Shown: positions 19,168 to 28,497 of the stretch, one piece after another
Position numbering within the stretch: position 1 is the first letter of the stretch
How the letters are laid out: every line of letters starts with the position of its first letter
Assembly: GCA_044225365.1 (NCBI GenBank)
Contig: JBGAIQ010000004.1
Location: 191,048-255,047, forward strand
From: Planctomycetota bacterium
GTDB taxonomy: Bacteria > Planctomycetota > B15-G4 > JADJEK01
Reading direction: 5' to 3'
Length of the DNA stretch: 64,000 nucleotides
The notes under the pieces: model-generated
The model's input: only the letters and a program-made list of their open reading frames with translations
Told to the model about the DNA's origin: nothing
Database searches by the model: none
Position numbers and translations under genes: made by a program

Positions 19168-21135
19168 TCACCTCGAAGCGAAGACGGGCATCACGGTCGT
19201 CGTCGCCGTTGCATGGATGTCCTGCTTCAGCTTGTCGACGTCCTTGCGCAGCTCGCGCACCTCGTTGCGAAGATCGTTGATCATCTCGCGAAGCTCCTGA
19301 TCGCCGCTCTCCGAAGGAGCGGGCGACCCGCGGCGGAGTTCCATCCTGCCACCGCTTCGCAGGCGCAATTGGCCCCCGGGCGCGGGGGGCGGAGCCACCT
19401 CTTCCGAGGGACTCGCGGCCTCGGGAGTCCGATTCTCGACCTTGTTGCCTCGCCGGGGGACAACGAGTGCGCGCGGCGCCGTGCGGAGCCGCATGCCCTG
19501 CGCGATCTTCGCCGGCAACTCCGAGTGGAGGCGGGCGAGTTTCGAGCGCAGCTTCTCGCCGACCTTCGCGTCGAGATCGATCTTCTTGCCGTTCACGATG
19601 ATCGTCGGCAGGCGCGTGTTCTGTCCGTCGATGCGAATCTCCGGGATCTCCACGCCCTGCGTGTGGATCTCGGGGATGACGATCTGCGGAATCGTGATGT
19701 CCGGAATCTTCATGCCCGGAACGACGACGCTGCCCTTCTTCACCTTGGCGACCTTCGTCTTTCCCGTATCGGGATCGACGGTGAGCGCGACGACGTCGTT
19801 GTCGCTCGCCCCTTCGGCGAAGGGGTCGGCTTCGGGCGCCAAATCGTCGGATCCGAGCACCGACGCAAGATCGAGGTCGCCGAGATCGATCTCGAACGCG
19901 CCCTCGTCGTCGGCGCAGTCGGTGCACGCATCGGTGCAGTCCGTGCACTCGTCCGCGCAGTCCTCCGCAGCTTCTCGAGCCTCTTCCGCGGCGTCCTCCG
20001 CAGCCTCTCGCGCCTCTTCCGCAGCGTCCTCCGCGGCGTCGGCTGCGTCCTCGGCCGCCTCCTCCGCAGCTTCACGAGCTTCTTCTGCAGCGGCCTCGGC
20101 TTCTTCGGCCTGACCCATCGCCTCGTCCAGGATCCCTTCGAGTTGATCTTGGAGTTGCGCGATCGCATCTTCGATCTGATCCCGCAGCTCGTCGCCAAGA
20201 CCCTCGAGCTGATCGTTGAGCTGCGCGATCGCATCGTCGAGCTGAGCTTGTGCGTCCGAATCGATGTCGGCGCTTTCGCCGCCTTCGAAGATGCTCGCAA
20301 CCATCGGCAATTCGATCGTCGCTGTCGACGGTGCGAGTTCGGTCGTCTCGACCGTCTCGACGGGTGCTCCGCCGACGACGACCGACTGCGAGGCCTTCGG
20401 CGGCATCGGAGCCTTCCCAGGCTTCGACCGCAGCTTGCTCGCTCCATTCACCGATGGCGCGTCACTCGGTACGGCACCACCCACGCTACCGCCGACACCA
20501 CCACCGAGCCCGCCGCCCGCGCTCTGACCGACGCCCACGGACGAGCCGAGCCCGGATGCGGAGCCACCCACACCGACCGGCGAACCGCCGCCGAGACTGT
20601 AGACGACCCCCGGCCCACCCGCGGTCGAAACGCCGCCCTGGCCATAGGCGATCACGTTCGCAGAACCCGGACCGCTCGTCGAAATCGAGCCCGCGAGTCC
20701 GCCGATGGAGCCGTTACGGGCCGGCGGGAGAGTGAGCGACGTGACGCTGCTGTGCTTCGCCTTCTTCGTCGCTTTGGGCGGAGCAGGGGGTGCTGCTGGA
20801 ATCGTGGAATCCGGGGCCATCGGGGCCATCGGGGCCATCGGGGCCATCGGGGCCATCGGGGCCATCGGGGCCATGGGAGCTCTGGGCGCACGCGGCGCTC
20901 GAGGTGCTCGGGGTGCGCGCGGGGCGCTCGGGGCGGCGATCGCCCCGGCCGCGGCTTGTCCCTCCTTCGGCGGGCAGTACGCAGCGAGCGTCAGGCCCGT
21001 CAACGGAACGCGACCGTTCACGTTCGCGGCGCCTCCGCCCATCGCGACAGCTTGTGCGGAGCCAGGGTTCAGGAAATACATCGCGCCGACGCCGAGCGTC
21101 AATGCGAGGCCAATACCGAGCTTGTTCGAGATCAC
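19168..21135 (-). CDS. Exported low-complexity protein (Pro/Met repeats, acidic helices, Cys cluster, C-terminal coiled coil)
   Basis: GTG 21135 with GGAGG SD and GTGA overlap with the M56 gene stop; signal-like N-terminus. Confidence 0.75.
   Translation of the reverse strand: MISNKLGIGLALTLGVGAMYFLNPGSAQAVAMGGGAANVNGRVPLTGLTLAAYCPPKEGQAAAGAIAAPSAPRAPRAPRAPRAPRAPMAPMAPMAPMAPMAPMAPMAPDSTIPAAPPAPPKATKKAKHSSVTSLTLPPARNGSIGGLAGSISTSGPGSANVIAYGQGGVSTAGGPGVVYSLGGGSPVGVGGSASGLGSSVGVGQSAGGGLGGGVGGSVGGAVPSDAPSVNGASKLRSKPGKAPMPPKASQSVVVGGAPVETVETTELAPSTATIELPMVASIFEGGESADIDSDAQAQLDDAIAQLNDQLEGLGDELRDQIEDAIAQLQDQLEGILDEAMGQAEEAEAAAEEAREAAEEAAEDAADAAEDAAEEAREAAEDAAEEAREAAEDCADECTDCTDACTDCADDEGAFEIDLGDLDLASVLGSDDLAPEADPFAEGASDNDVVALTVDPDTGKTKVAKVKKGSVVVPGMKIPDITIPQIVIPEIHTQGVEIPEIRIDGQNTRLPTIIVNGKKIDLDAKVGEKLRSKLARLHSELPAKIAQGMRLRTAPRALVVPRRGNKVENRTPEAASPSEEVAPPPAPGGQLRLRSGGRMELRRGSPAPSESGDQELREMINDLRNEVRELRKDVDKLKQDIHATATTTVMPVFASR
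20812..20874. repeat. In-frame 9-bp tandem repeat (CGGGGCCAT)x7 encoding (MAP)7
   Basis: Seven perfect copies seen directly. Confidence 0.95.
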
Positions 21136-22751
21136 GGTTTCCTCCGGGAATTGCTGCGGTCTGATTCGTTTTCGGTCGTCGTGGCGCTTCGCGAGGTGCG
21201 CGCGCGCCAATAGGCGGCGAGCTTCGTTCGCTGGCCCTCGAGGCGTTCGAGTCGAGATTCGAGGGCATCGAGTGATGCCTCGTAGGTTGCTGCACCGCTC
21301 TCGCCGAGGTCGGCGCGAACGGCGTGGAGTTCGCTCGAGAGCGCGGTGATCTCCGCGTCGAGCGAGGCGATCACTTCGGAAAGCTCGGCGCCGGCCTCGT
21401 CGTTCGCGAGAGCGAGGGTTCCTACGCTCGTCTCCTTCGGTGACGGAGTCATGAGTCCGACCGAAGGATGCGCGAGCGCAACGCGGCGCGGTGGCACGGC
21501 AACGGCAGGCGTCGAGATCGCGACGAGAGGGAGCACGAGGAAGACGAGCGGCGCGACGTTGCGTTGAGAGCGTTCGCGTTGAAGCGTGCGATCCTCGTCG
21601 AGCAGGCCTTCGATGCGCCGGCCGAGTGCGGATCCGAACTCCGCCATCGCGGGTGCGAGCGAACGCTGCGGCGCGTCGTGGATCCAGGACGCTACTTCGG
21701 CGAGGCAGCCCGCGAGAGCGAGGCCCGCGCCGAGTCGTTCCACCGCAAACGCATCGCAACGCTGCTCGATCACCTCGAAGAGTTGGCGTCGCGCGAGGCG
21801 ATTCAGCGGCTGGAAGAACATCACGCTCTCCAGCGTTCGCGCGAGAACGAGTCGCAGCGGATCGCGCCGGACGAGGTGAGCGAGCTCGTGCGCGAGCATC
21901 GCTTCTTGCTGACTGGGATCGAGTTCATCGAGTGCGCGAACCGGTACGCAGATCTCGCGGTCGAAGAACCCGAACGCAACGGGACTCGCGATTCGATGGG
22001 AAGTCGTCAGCGACACGTGGAACGAGATGCCGAATCGAGCCTTCAGTGTTTCGAGGCGATCGAAGAGTTCGCCCGAAGGAACGAGACGTCGCTCGCGCAA
22101 CGCCCGGCGCGACCGTACGACGAGGCACAGCAGCCAGAGCGCGCCGCCGATCATCGCGAGCCCGAGCACCGGCGAAGCGATCACGCGAACCGATGGAACG
22201 GCAGCGCGGAGTCGCAAGATGAACGCAGTGATCGCCGAAGGAAATGACGACTCCTCGCCAGGTACCTTGCCGTGCACAACCAAGAGCTCGGCGGGCTTTG
22301 GGTCGGCGACGACGGAGGCACGCGCTTTTCCGTCCTTCGACTTCGCCTGGATCGGACCTCCGAATCCTTGGAATCTCCGAAGTGACGTGTCGTCAGGATC
22401 GTTCGAACGGGCGGGGAACTCGGCGGACGGCGCGTTCGGGCGACCGTCGTTCACAACCTCGCATTCCTGCGACAGAGCAGAGCTCGGGGTTGTGGCGACG
22501 GGGTCGGCCGCCGCTCGCAGTTGAATTGTAGGTACGCGCGGCGCGGGCCCCGTGGCGAACTGGAAGCAGGTGGTGACGATGCCGCCGAAGAGCGCGGCGC
22601 TCCACAGCGCCTCGCGCAACGGATTCGAACGCGGCTTGGCGAAGCGAACGAGTGCGTACACCGCGACGATCAGCACGCTGCTGTGGATGAGGTAGGTCAA
22701 TACGAACGCGAGAGCCTGATCGGCGAGCGGCGAGAGGGATGGCAGGCTCAT
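21132..22751 (-). CDS. BlaR1/MecR1-like M56 family metallopeptidase
   Basis: N-terminal TMs, LAHELAHLVRRD zinc motif, FFQPL, EQRCD, RRIE. Confidence 0.92.
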   Translation of the reverse strand: MSLPSLSPLADQALAFVLTYLIHSSVLIVAVYALVRFAKPRSNPLREALWSAALFGGIVTTCFQFATGPAPRVPTIQLRAAADPVATTPSSALSQECEVVNDGRPNAPSAEFPARSNDPDDTSLRRFQGFGGPIQAKSKDGKARASVVADPKPAELLVVHGKVPGEESSFPSAITAFILRLRAAVPSVRVIASPVLGLAMIGGALWLLCLVVRSRRALRERRLVPSGELFDRLETLKARFGISFHVSLTTSHRIASPVAFGFFDREICVPVRALDELDPSQQEAMLAHELAHLVRRDPLRLVLARTLESVMFFQPLNRLARRQLFEVIEQRCDAFAVERLGAGLALAGCLAEVASWIHDAPQRSLAPAMAEFGSALGRRIEGLLDEDRTLQRERSQRNVAPLVFLVLPLVAISTPAVAVPPRRVALAHPSVGLMTPSPKETSVGTLALANDEAGAELSEVIASLDAEITALSSELHAVRADLGESGAATYEASLDALESRLERLEGQRTKLAAYWRARTSRSATTTENESDRSNSRRKP

Positions 22752-23140
22752 GGCTCACCCGCCTTCTCGCGTCGCCGCGATGCGATCTTCTTCTTGAGCG
22801 CTGCGATCTCCGTCTCCTCGATCTCCCCCGCCGCGAGGAGGTGATTGACGAGTGCGAGCGAATCGCCGAGGAACGCGCGGTCGACGAATTCGTCGACCAT
22901 CGAGCGCTCGACATCCGCCTGCTGGTGGACGGCCCGGTAGACGAATACGCGGCCGTCGACACGATGATCGACGAGCGCCTTCGCCTCCATCTTCTTCAGC
23001 ATCGTTGCGATCGTGGTCGGTGCGAGCCCGTGCTCTTCGAGAAGTGCTTGATGGACCTCGTTCGCACTCGCCTCCCCTCGCTCCCAGAGGACGCGCAGGA
23101 TGGCGAGCTGCAGGGCTCCCAATTGCCGGGGTTGTCGCAT
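22748..23140 (-). CDS. BlaI/MecI/CopY family repressor
   Basis: LGALQLAILRVLW, TTIATMLKKMEAK, GRVFVYRA; ATGA-coupled to the M56 gene. Confidence 0.93.
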   Translation of the reverse strand: MRQPRQLGALQLAILRVLWERGEASANEVHQALLEEHGLAPTTIATMLKKMEAKALVDHRVDGRVFVYRAVHQQADVERSMVDEFVDRAFLGDSLALVNHLLAAGEIEETEIAALKKKIASRRREKAGEP

Positions 23141-23194
23141 CGGATTCTCCGGTCCAGCACTCGCGGCTTCCGTCGCACGAACGACCGCGTTAGT

Positions 23195-23208
23195 ACTACC
23201 TCGGTAGT
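23195..23208. promoter_or_regulatory. Putative BlaI/MecI-type operator
   Basis: Palindrome ACTACC-TC-GGTAGT ~55 bp upstream of the repressor, resembling the ACTACA-NN-TGTAGT operators of this family. Confidence 0.7.
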
Positions 23209-23394
23209 TTGTCGCTTGTTGGATGAGTCTCAAGAAAAAAATCTCGAAGCCGCCGCGCGGCCGAGGTCGCGCGCGATCGTCGCGCACCGAGAATTCTCCG
23301 GTAGCGTCGCAACCGAACCGCGGCGTCCCACCGTATGAGTTGCGAATCGACTCCGGGATAGGCACCGGCTCTGCAGGAACCTCGGACCATTTCC

Positions 23395-23859
23395 TTGGAA
23401 CAGATCGTCGCCACGCACGAAGCGCGCCTCGTCCGCTTGCTGACGCGAATCCTCGGCGATTCGCACGCGGCGCGCGATGCGGCGCAGGACACGTGGTACG
23501 CGATCTTCCAGGCGCGCGAACGACTTCTCGAGGGAGTCGATCCCTGGCCGTACATCCGCACGACGGGCGTTCGGAAGGCGATCGATCTCCTCCGAGGCCT
23601 GTCGCGCGGAGTCCCCCTCACGATCGTGGCCGATCGAATCGAGCAGCATCCGGCGCCAAGCTTGCGCGACGACGCGCTCGATCTCGAAGGCTTGTCACCC
23701 GAGGAACGCGCGTGCCTCACGCTCTACTTCGTGGAAGGTTGTTCGGTGAACGAAATCTCGAGACAACTGCATGCGCCCGAAGGCACGGTGAAGTCGTGGA
23801 TGTTCCGTGGCCGCGAGAAACTAAGGCAGCGACTCCGCGCGAAGGGACCAACACCATGA
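23395..23859 (+). CDS. ECF RNA polymerase sigma factor
   Basis: ARDAAQDTW (region 2), SVNEISRQLHAPEGTVKSWMFRGREKLR (region 4); TTG start. Confidence 0.85.
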   Translation: MEQIVATHEARLVRLLTRILGDSHAARDAAQDTWYAIFQARERLLEGVDPWPYIRTTGVRKAIDLLRGLSRGVPLTIVADRIEQHPAPSLRDDALDLEGLSPEERACLTLYFVEGCSVNEISRQLHAPEGTVKSWMFRGREKLRQRLRAKGPTP

Positions 23860-24335
23860 TGCCGACCTCTCTCGATTGCTCCGCGCTGGTAAACGCCCTC
23901 GAACTCTCGAGCGTCGACGCCGAGCCCGATCTCGCCGCGATCGATCTCCATCTCGCGCGCTGTGCGAAGTGTCGCGCCGATCATCCCGAGGTCGCGTACC
24001 TGCGCGGACTACGAGATCCGATCGCGGCGGGTTCCCACTCCCCCCGCGTCCTCCGCTTCCACGGAATCGAAGGCGCGAGGATCCTCCGCCCGACTCGAGC
24101 GCTCGCCGCGGCGGCCGTGTTGATCTTCTGCACCTTCGCGCTCGATCGATCGAGGCAGCGCGTCTTTCACCCGATCTCTCCCCCGGCTCCCGACCAAACG
24201 TCGATCGCACGCGTGGGCCGCGTTCGAATCCTCCCCTCCCACCTGTCGAGCGTGACGACGACCGTCGCGAGTTCGACGGGAACCCGCAACTCCACGACCC
24301 GGCGCACGATCGCGCTCGATCCCCGAACGAACTGA
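23856..24335 (+). CDS. Zinc-finger (HxxxCxxC) membrane anti-sigma factor
   Basis: HLARCAKC followed by a TM segment; ATGA-coupled to the sigma. Confidence 0.75.
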   Translation: MMPTSLDCSALVNALELSSVDAEPDLAAIDLHLARCAKCRADHPEVAYLRGLRDPIAAGSHSPRVLRFHGIEGARILRPTRALAAAAVLIFCTFALDRSRQRVFHPISPPAPDQTSIARVGRVRILPSHLSSVTTTVASSTGTRNSTTRRTIALDPRTN

Positions 24336-24350
24336 CGCGAGTTTCCATCC

Positions 24351-25664
24351 ATGTCGATTTCGATGCCCATCGTCACCGCCGCGGCGATCACTTCTCTCTT
24401 CGGAGCGACCCTCGACGCGCGCGCCCAAACGATCGTCGCAAAGGGTGACACGACGATCGATCGAAAGCAGGAGCCCGGCGCGTCGCCCTTCGGCGACCTG
24501 ATCGGCGAGCACACGCTGACGCCCACGAGCGGCGGTGAATCGCGATTGCGCTTCGTGCTCATGCGATCGAATCCATCGACGGTTCCCAGTGCCGGCGCCG
24601 GAGAGACCGATCCGCCGCAGGGCGTGAAGGCGGTCGATCGTTATCTCTTCGAGGTCCTGCGCAGTGTCGATCGCGATCGACTGCACGATCTCGTCGCGAT
24701 CGACCAGCTCGTCACCCGCGTGAGCGAGGACACGAGGACGATCGAGCTCGAGCATTCCATCGAGGTACAGGGACCGGAGGATTCGTTACGACGCGCCCTT
24801 TCGAAGCTGGACGCATTCGTCGCTGCGAACCGCACCCTCATCACGGTTTCGATCACGGCGGCGAAGAAAGCCACTCCCGCGGCGAACGATACGGCGCTCG
24901 TTTCGATCGTCGACCAGGCTGCATGCGACGCGATCCGTTCGGCCATGAAGTCGGCGTCGCACGAGGTGCTCAGTGCCCCGACTCTCACGGTCTACGGCGG
25001 ACAACGCGGCGAGATCTCGGCGTTGAACGACACTCCCTACATCGCCGATTTCACCGTCACGGCCACGAAAGACGCACTCATCGCCGACCCCGTGATCAAA
25101 GTGCTCAAAGAAGGGATTCGCTTCAGCGTCACGCCGATCGTCGACGTCGATGGAGAGCACCTCCATCTCGCGATCGAGTCCTGGATCGGTCGCGTGCGCC
25201 GACCGATCCGGGAATTCCAGACGACGCTCGCGGCTGGGGCCGCGCAGGTCACATTGCAATTGCCGGAAGCGCTCGAGACGCGGTGGAAGAGCGATTTCCT
25301 CGCAATGTCCCGCGACGACCACGCGGTGCACGTCGAGAAGATCCGTTTCGTCGAGTTCGACGACGAGAAGGGCGAGATCCCGGAGGAACTCGAGTTGCTG
25401 ATCGAGGTCCGGCGCGCGACACCTCCTTCGAACGACGGAGGTCCCTTCAGCGGAATGGTGATCGGCGTGGACGCCTCGAACCTCCGCGTCTTCGTCACCT
25501 GTCGAGACTCGAGTGGGAAGACGACGACACTTCGAGCGAATCAGATCTCCATCTTCCGGGGAAACGACCCCGTGGGCGAATGCGTGGTTCTCGAGAATCT
25601 AGGCGGAGTGCTCGTGTGCAGGCTCGCGAAGGGAGAAGCCCGCGCGGGCGATTCCGCAAAGTGA
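24351..25664 (+). CDS. Exported protein with a partial secretin-like segment
   Basis: Signal peptide; VLSAPTLTVYGGQRGEI...ADPVIKVLKEGIRFSVTPIV...TLQLPE resembles the GspD/PilQ core. Confidence 0.55.
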   Translation: MSISMPIVTAAAITSLFGATLDARAQTIVAKGDTTIDRKQEPGASPFGDLIGEHTLTPTSGGESRLRFVLMRSNPSTVPSAGAGETDPPQGVKAVDRYLFEVLRSVDRDRLHDLVAIDQLVTRVSEDTRTIELEHSIEVQGPEDSLRRALSKLDAFVAANRTLITVSITAAKKATPAANDTALVSIVDQAACDAIRSAMKSASHEVLSAPTLTVYGGQRGEISALNDTPYIADFTVTATKDALIADPVIKVLKEGIRFSVTPIVDVDGEHLHLAIESWIGRVRRPIREFQTTLAAGAAQVTLQLPEALETRWKSDFLAMSRDDHAVHVEKIRFVEFDDEKGEIPEELELLIEVRRATPPSNDGGPFSGMVIGVDASNLRVFVTCRDSSGKTTTLRANQISIFRGNDPVGECVVLENLGGVLVCRLAKGEARAGDSAK

Positions 25665-25766
25665 ACATGCGGGCGGGCGCGGCGGCCCATTTCTCGTGAT
25701 TTGGGAACCGAAGCGAGGAGTGATTTCGGGTAGGCTCTGGCCTTTTCCGCCTGTTGGAGCCTCTTT

Positions 25767-27422
25767 CTGTCTGCATCATCCGACTCGTCCGCGTTCGCCT
25801 CCCTCGGACTCTCCGCCGCGTCACTCGACGCGCTCGCGCGGGCGAACTACACGGCTCCAACCCCCATTCAGCAGAAGGCCATTCCGCTGGCTCTCGAGGG
25901 CCGTGACATCATTGGTTGCGCTGCAACCGGCACCGGGAAGACGGCGGCGTTCCTCCTCCCCATCATCGAGAAACTGACGGGAAAGCGCGGCCCGCGCGCT
26001 CTCGTCCTCGCCCCCACTCGCGAACTCGTGCAGCAGATCGCCGAGCACCTCGAACGCTTCGGCGCATCGCGCGGAGTGCGCGGCGCCGAGATCATCGGCG
26101 GCGCGTCGATGGGCAATCAGGTCGCGCAACTTCGCCAACAGCGCGAAGTCATCATCGCGACGCCGGGCCGCCTCCTCGATCACCTCGAACAACGCACCGC
26201 GCAGCTCGACCAGGTCGAGATCCTCGTCCTCGACGAGGCCGACCGCATGCTGGACATGGGCTTCATGCCGCAGCTCAAGCGGATCATGCGCTACGTGCCC
26301 GAGCGTCGGCAGACGATGCTGTTCTCCGCCACGATGGCGGGGGAAGTCGCGGAATTCGCGAAGCGCGCACTCCACGATCCGGCCCGCGTCGAGATCGAGC
26401 GCAGCGGGACGGTCGCCCGTAACGCCACGCAAACCGCTTTCGTGGTCAACGAAGCCGACAAGACCGCTCTCCTCCTCGCGCTGCTCTCGCAGGACGAAGA
26501 GACCACGCTCGTCTTCGCACGCACGCAGCGCCGCGCGGACAAGCTCGCGAAGACGCTCGCTCGGCTCGGACATCGAGTCGCGCGGATCCACGGCGGACGC
26601 ACGCAAGCTCAACGCGAGCACGCTCTCGATGGTTTCAAGTCGGGGCAGCATCGCGTGCTCGTCGCCACCGACATCGCGGCGCGCGGCATCGATGTGAGCG
26701 ACATCGGTCACGTCGTGATGTTCGACATCTCGCGAGCGCCCGAAGACCACGTCCATCGCGTCGGACGAACGGCCCGCGCCGAGGCCGTGGGTCACGCGTC
26801 GACGTTCGTCGCGCACGAGGAACTGCGCGCGCTGAAGGACATCGAACGCTTCCTGCGTACTTCGATCACTCGCGCCGACCTGCCCGATCTCTCGACGTGG
26901 CGCGCCGAGATCGAGCGCGCGCGGTTCGCCGCCGAATCGCAGCATGCATCTCATGCGCCGCGCGCACACTCCAACGCACCACGACGCGGACCGCCGCGCG
27001 AGAAGTCGCGCGGTTATGGAAAGTCGCACGGCAACCCGGGACATTCCGCAAAGCCGGGGCACGGCGGCAAGAAATTCGGAAGTGGACGCCGCGGATTCGC
27101 ATTCATCGGCCGGTCGAGTTCGTCGCCCCGCCCGAGTTCCGCCCCACGCTCGAATCATTTCGATTCGCCCGAACGCCGGTCCGACGCGCCCGTTCGCAAC
27201 GACGAACGCGGACATTTCCGCAATGAACCGCGGCGCGAACACTTCGAGGATCGACCGACAGGAAAAGGCGCGAATACCTTCAGTCGCGGTCCCTATGAAG
27301 GCCGACAAGACAACGTAGACCGCAGAGGTTCCGATTCCCGCCCCTCGGGTCAGAATGCTCCACGCGGCCGCTTCGACGCTCGCAAGAATCGTCCCTACCG
27401 TTCCCGAGGAGAGCGATCCTGA
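25767..27422 (+). CDS. DEAD-box RNA helicase (RhlE-like), probable CTG start
   Basis: Q motif PTPIQ, ATGTGKT, PTREL, TPGRL, DEAD, SAT, ARGID, HRVGRTAR; basic tail; GGAG 7 nt upstream of CTG 25767. Confidence 0.9.
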   Translation: MSASSDSSAFASLGLSAASLDALARANYTAPTPIQQKAIPLALEGRDIIGCAATGTGKTAAFLLPIIEKLTGKRGPRALVLAPTRELVQQIAEHLERFGASRGVRGAEIIGGASMGNQVAQLRQQREVIIATPGRLLDHLEQRTAQLDQVEILVLDEADRMLDMGFMPQLKRIMRYVPERRQTMLFSATMAGEVAEFAKRALHDPARVEIERSGTVARNATQTAFVVNEADKTALLLALLSQDEETTLVFARTQRRADKLAKTLARLGHRVARIHGGRTQAQREHALDGFKSGQHRVLVATDIAARGIDVSDIGHVVMFDISRAPEDHVHRVGRTARAEAVGHASTFVAHEELRALKDIERFLRTSITRADLPDLSTWRAEIERARFAAESQHASHAPRAHSNAPRRGPPREKSRGYGKSHGNPGHSAKPGHGGKKFGSGRRGFAFIGRSSSSPRPSSAPRSNHFDSPERRSDAPVRNDERGHFRNEPRREHFEDRPTGKGANTFSRGPYEGRQDNVDRRGSDSRPSGQNAPRGRFDARKNRPYRSRGERS

Positions 27423-28288
27423 ATCTTCAAGCCACACAACCCGATCGTGATCCGACGCGCCCCTGGACCTGGGGTTTCTTCGACTGGCTGCCGGGCGAAG
27501 GACGGACGCTCTTCTGGATCGTCCTGATCCACGTCCTCTCGATCGTTGGAATCGTCCTGTTCCCGCTTCCCAGTCTGAACGTCGGGCTCGCGGCCTTCGC
27601 GCTCGCCTTCCTCGGCGGGCTCGGAACGACCGTCGGTTATCACCGCGCACTCGCCCACAAGGCCGTCACGCTGAACCCGGTCGTACAGTTCTGCCTCACG
27701 TTCCTCGCGATGTTCAACGGCTCGGGCGCGCCCGCGACCTGGACGTCGAATCATCGCAATCACCACATGAACGCGGAGACCGAGGCCGACGTCTCGAGCC
27801 CGCGCATCGGCGGTTTCTGGTGGGCGCATCTCCGCTGGCTCTGGCAGTCCTCGCAGAGCTCGCTCACGCGCTACGCACCCGATCTCGACACGCCGTACTG
27901 GCGCTTCTGGACCAAGGCGCAGCCCTTCGTCGTCGCTGCGTCGCTGTTCGTCGGTCTCCCCTTCGGCTGGCAGGCGTTCTTCTGGATGGGCGCGATTCGC
28001 CTCACCTTCTCGCTGCACGCGCAGTGCACCGTGAACTCGATTGCCCACATGAAGAAGGGCGTCGCTCCGGGCGAGGATTCGTCGCAGAACCTTCTCTGGC
28101 TCGGCTTCTTCCAGTGGTTCCAGGGTGAGAACTGGCACGGCAATCACCACGCCGAACCCAATTCCGCGCAGCTCGGCTGGAGCTGGCGTCAGCCCGACCT
28201 CGGCTGGGCCTTCATCTACGTGATGGAGAAGGTCGGCCTCGCGAGCCGAGTCCGCCGGCGCAAGGACGTGGCGCGAAAAGCGGCCTGA
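27419..28288 (+). CDS. Membrane fatty-acid (delta-9-like) desaturase, probable CTG start
   Basis: Three His boxes HRALAH, HRNHH, HGNHH; the first box lies upstream of the first ATG; AGGAG 7 nt before CTG 27419; CTGA overlap. Confidence 0.88.
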   Translation: MNLQATQPDRDPTRPWTWGFFDWLPGEGRTLFWIVLIHVLSIVGIVLFPLPSLNVGLAAFALAFLGGLGTTVGYHRALAHKAVTLNPVVQFCLTFLAMFNGSGAPATWTSNHRNHHMNAETEADVSSPRIGGFWWAHLRWLWQSSQSSLTRYAPDLDTPYWRFWTKAQPFVVAASLFVGLPFGWQAFFWMGAIRLTFSLHAQCTVNSIAHMKKGVAPGEDSSQNLLWLGFFQWFQGENWHGNHHAEPNSAQLGWSWRQPDLGWAFIYVMEKVGLASRVRRRKDVARKAA

Positions 28289-28310
28289 CCCCCCCCGAAT
28301 CGATCGACTC

Positions 28311-28348
28311 GAAGAGCGGCCTTCACCTGCGGGTGCGGCCGCTCTTTC
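28311..28348 (+). terminator. Probable intrinsic terminator
   Basis: AAGAGCGGCC...GGCCGCTCTT stem followed by TCGTT. Confidence 0.6.
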
Positions 28349-28497
28349 GTTGCATCGCACGCTCGCTCGAGAATCCCGCGAGAAGCGTGGCGGGTTCCGA
28401 ACTCGCTTTCCGACCCTTTCTCCTGAACCCGAATCGCGCGATCCCGATGCGGCACGTCGCCGCCGAGGGATCTCGCACCTCGAACAGGAGAAACGTC

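Noticed and set aside
20812-20874. 9-bp (and 12-bp at 46152) repeats as phase-variation switches, or collagen-like ORFs in other frames
   Set aside because: Unit lengths are multiples of 3, so slippage keeps the frame. The GPS/GPD/WPR/GAI readings are alternative-frame artefacts.
25767-27709. Helicase and desaturase as 5'-truncated pseudogenes or frameshifts
   Set aside because: The conserved N-terminal motifs are intact and in frame, and SD-spaced CTG codons explain both starts.
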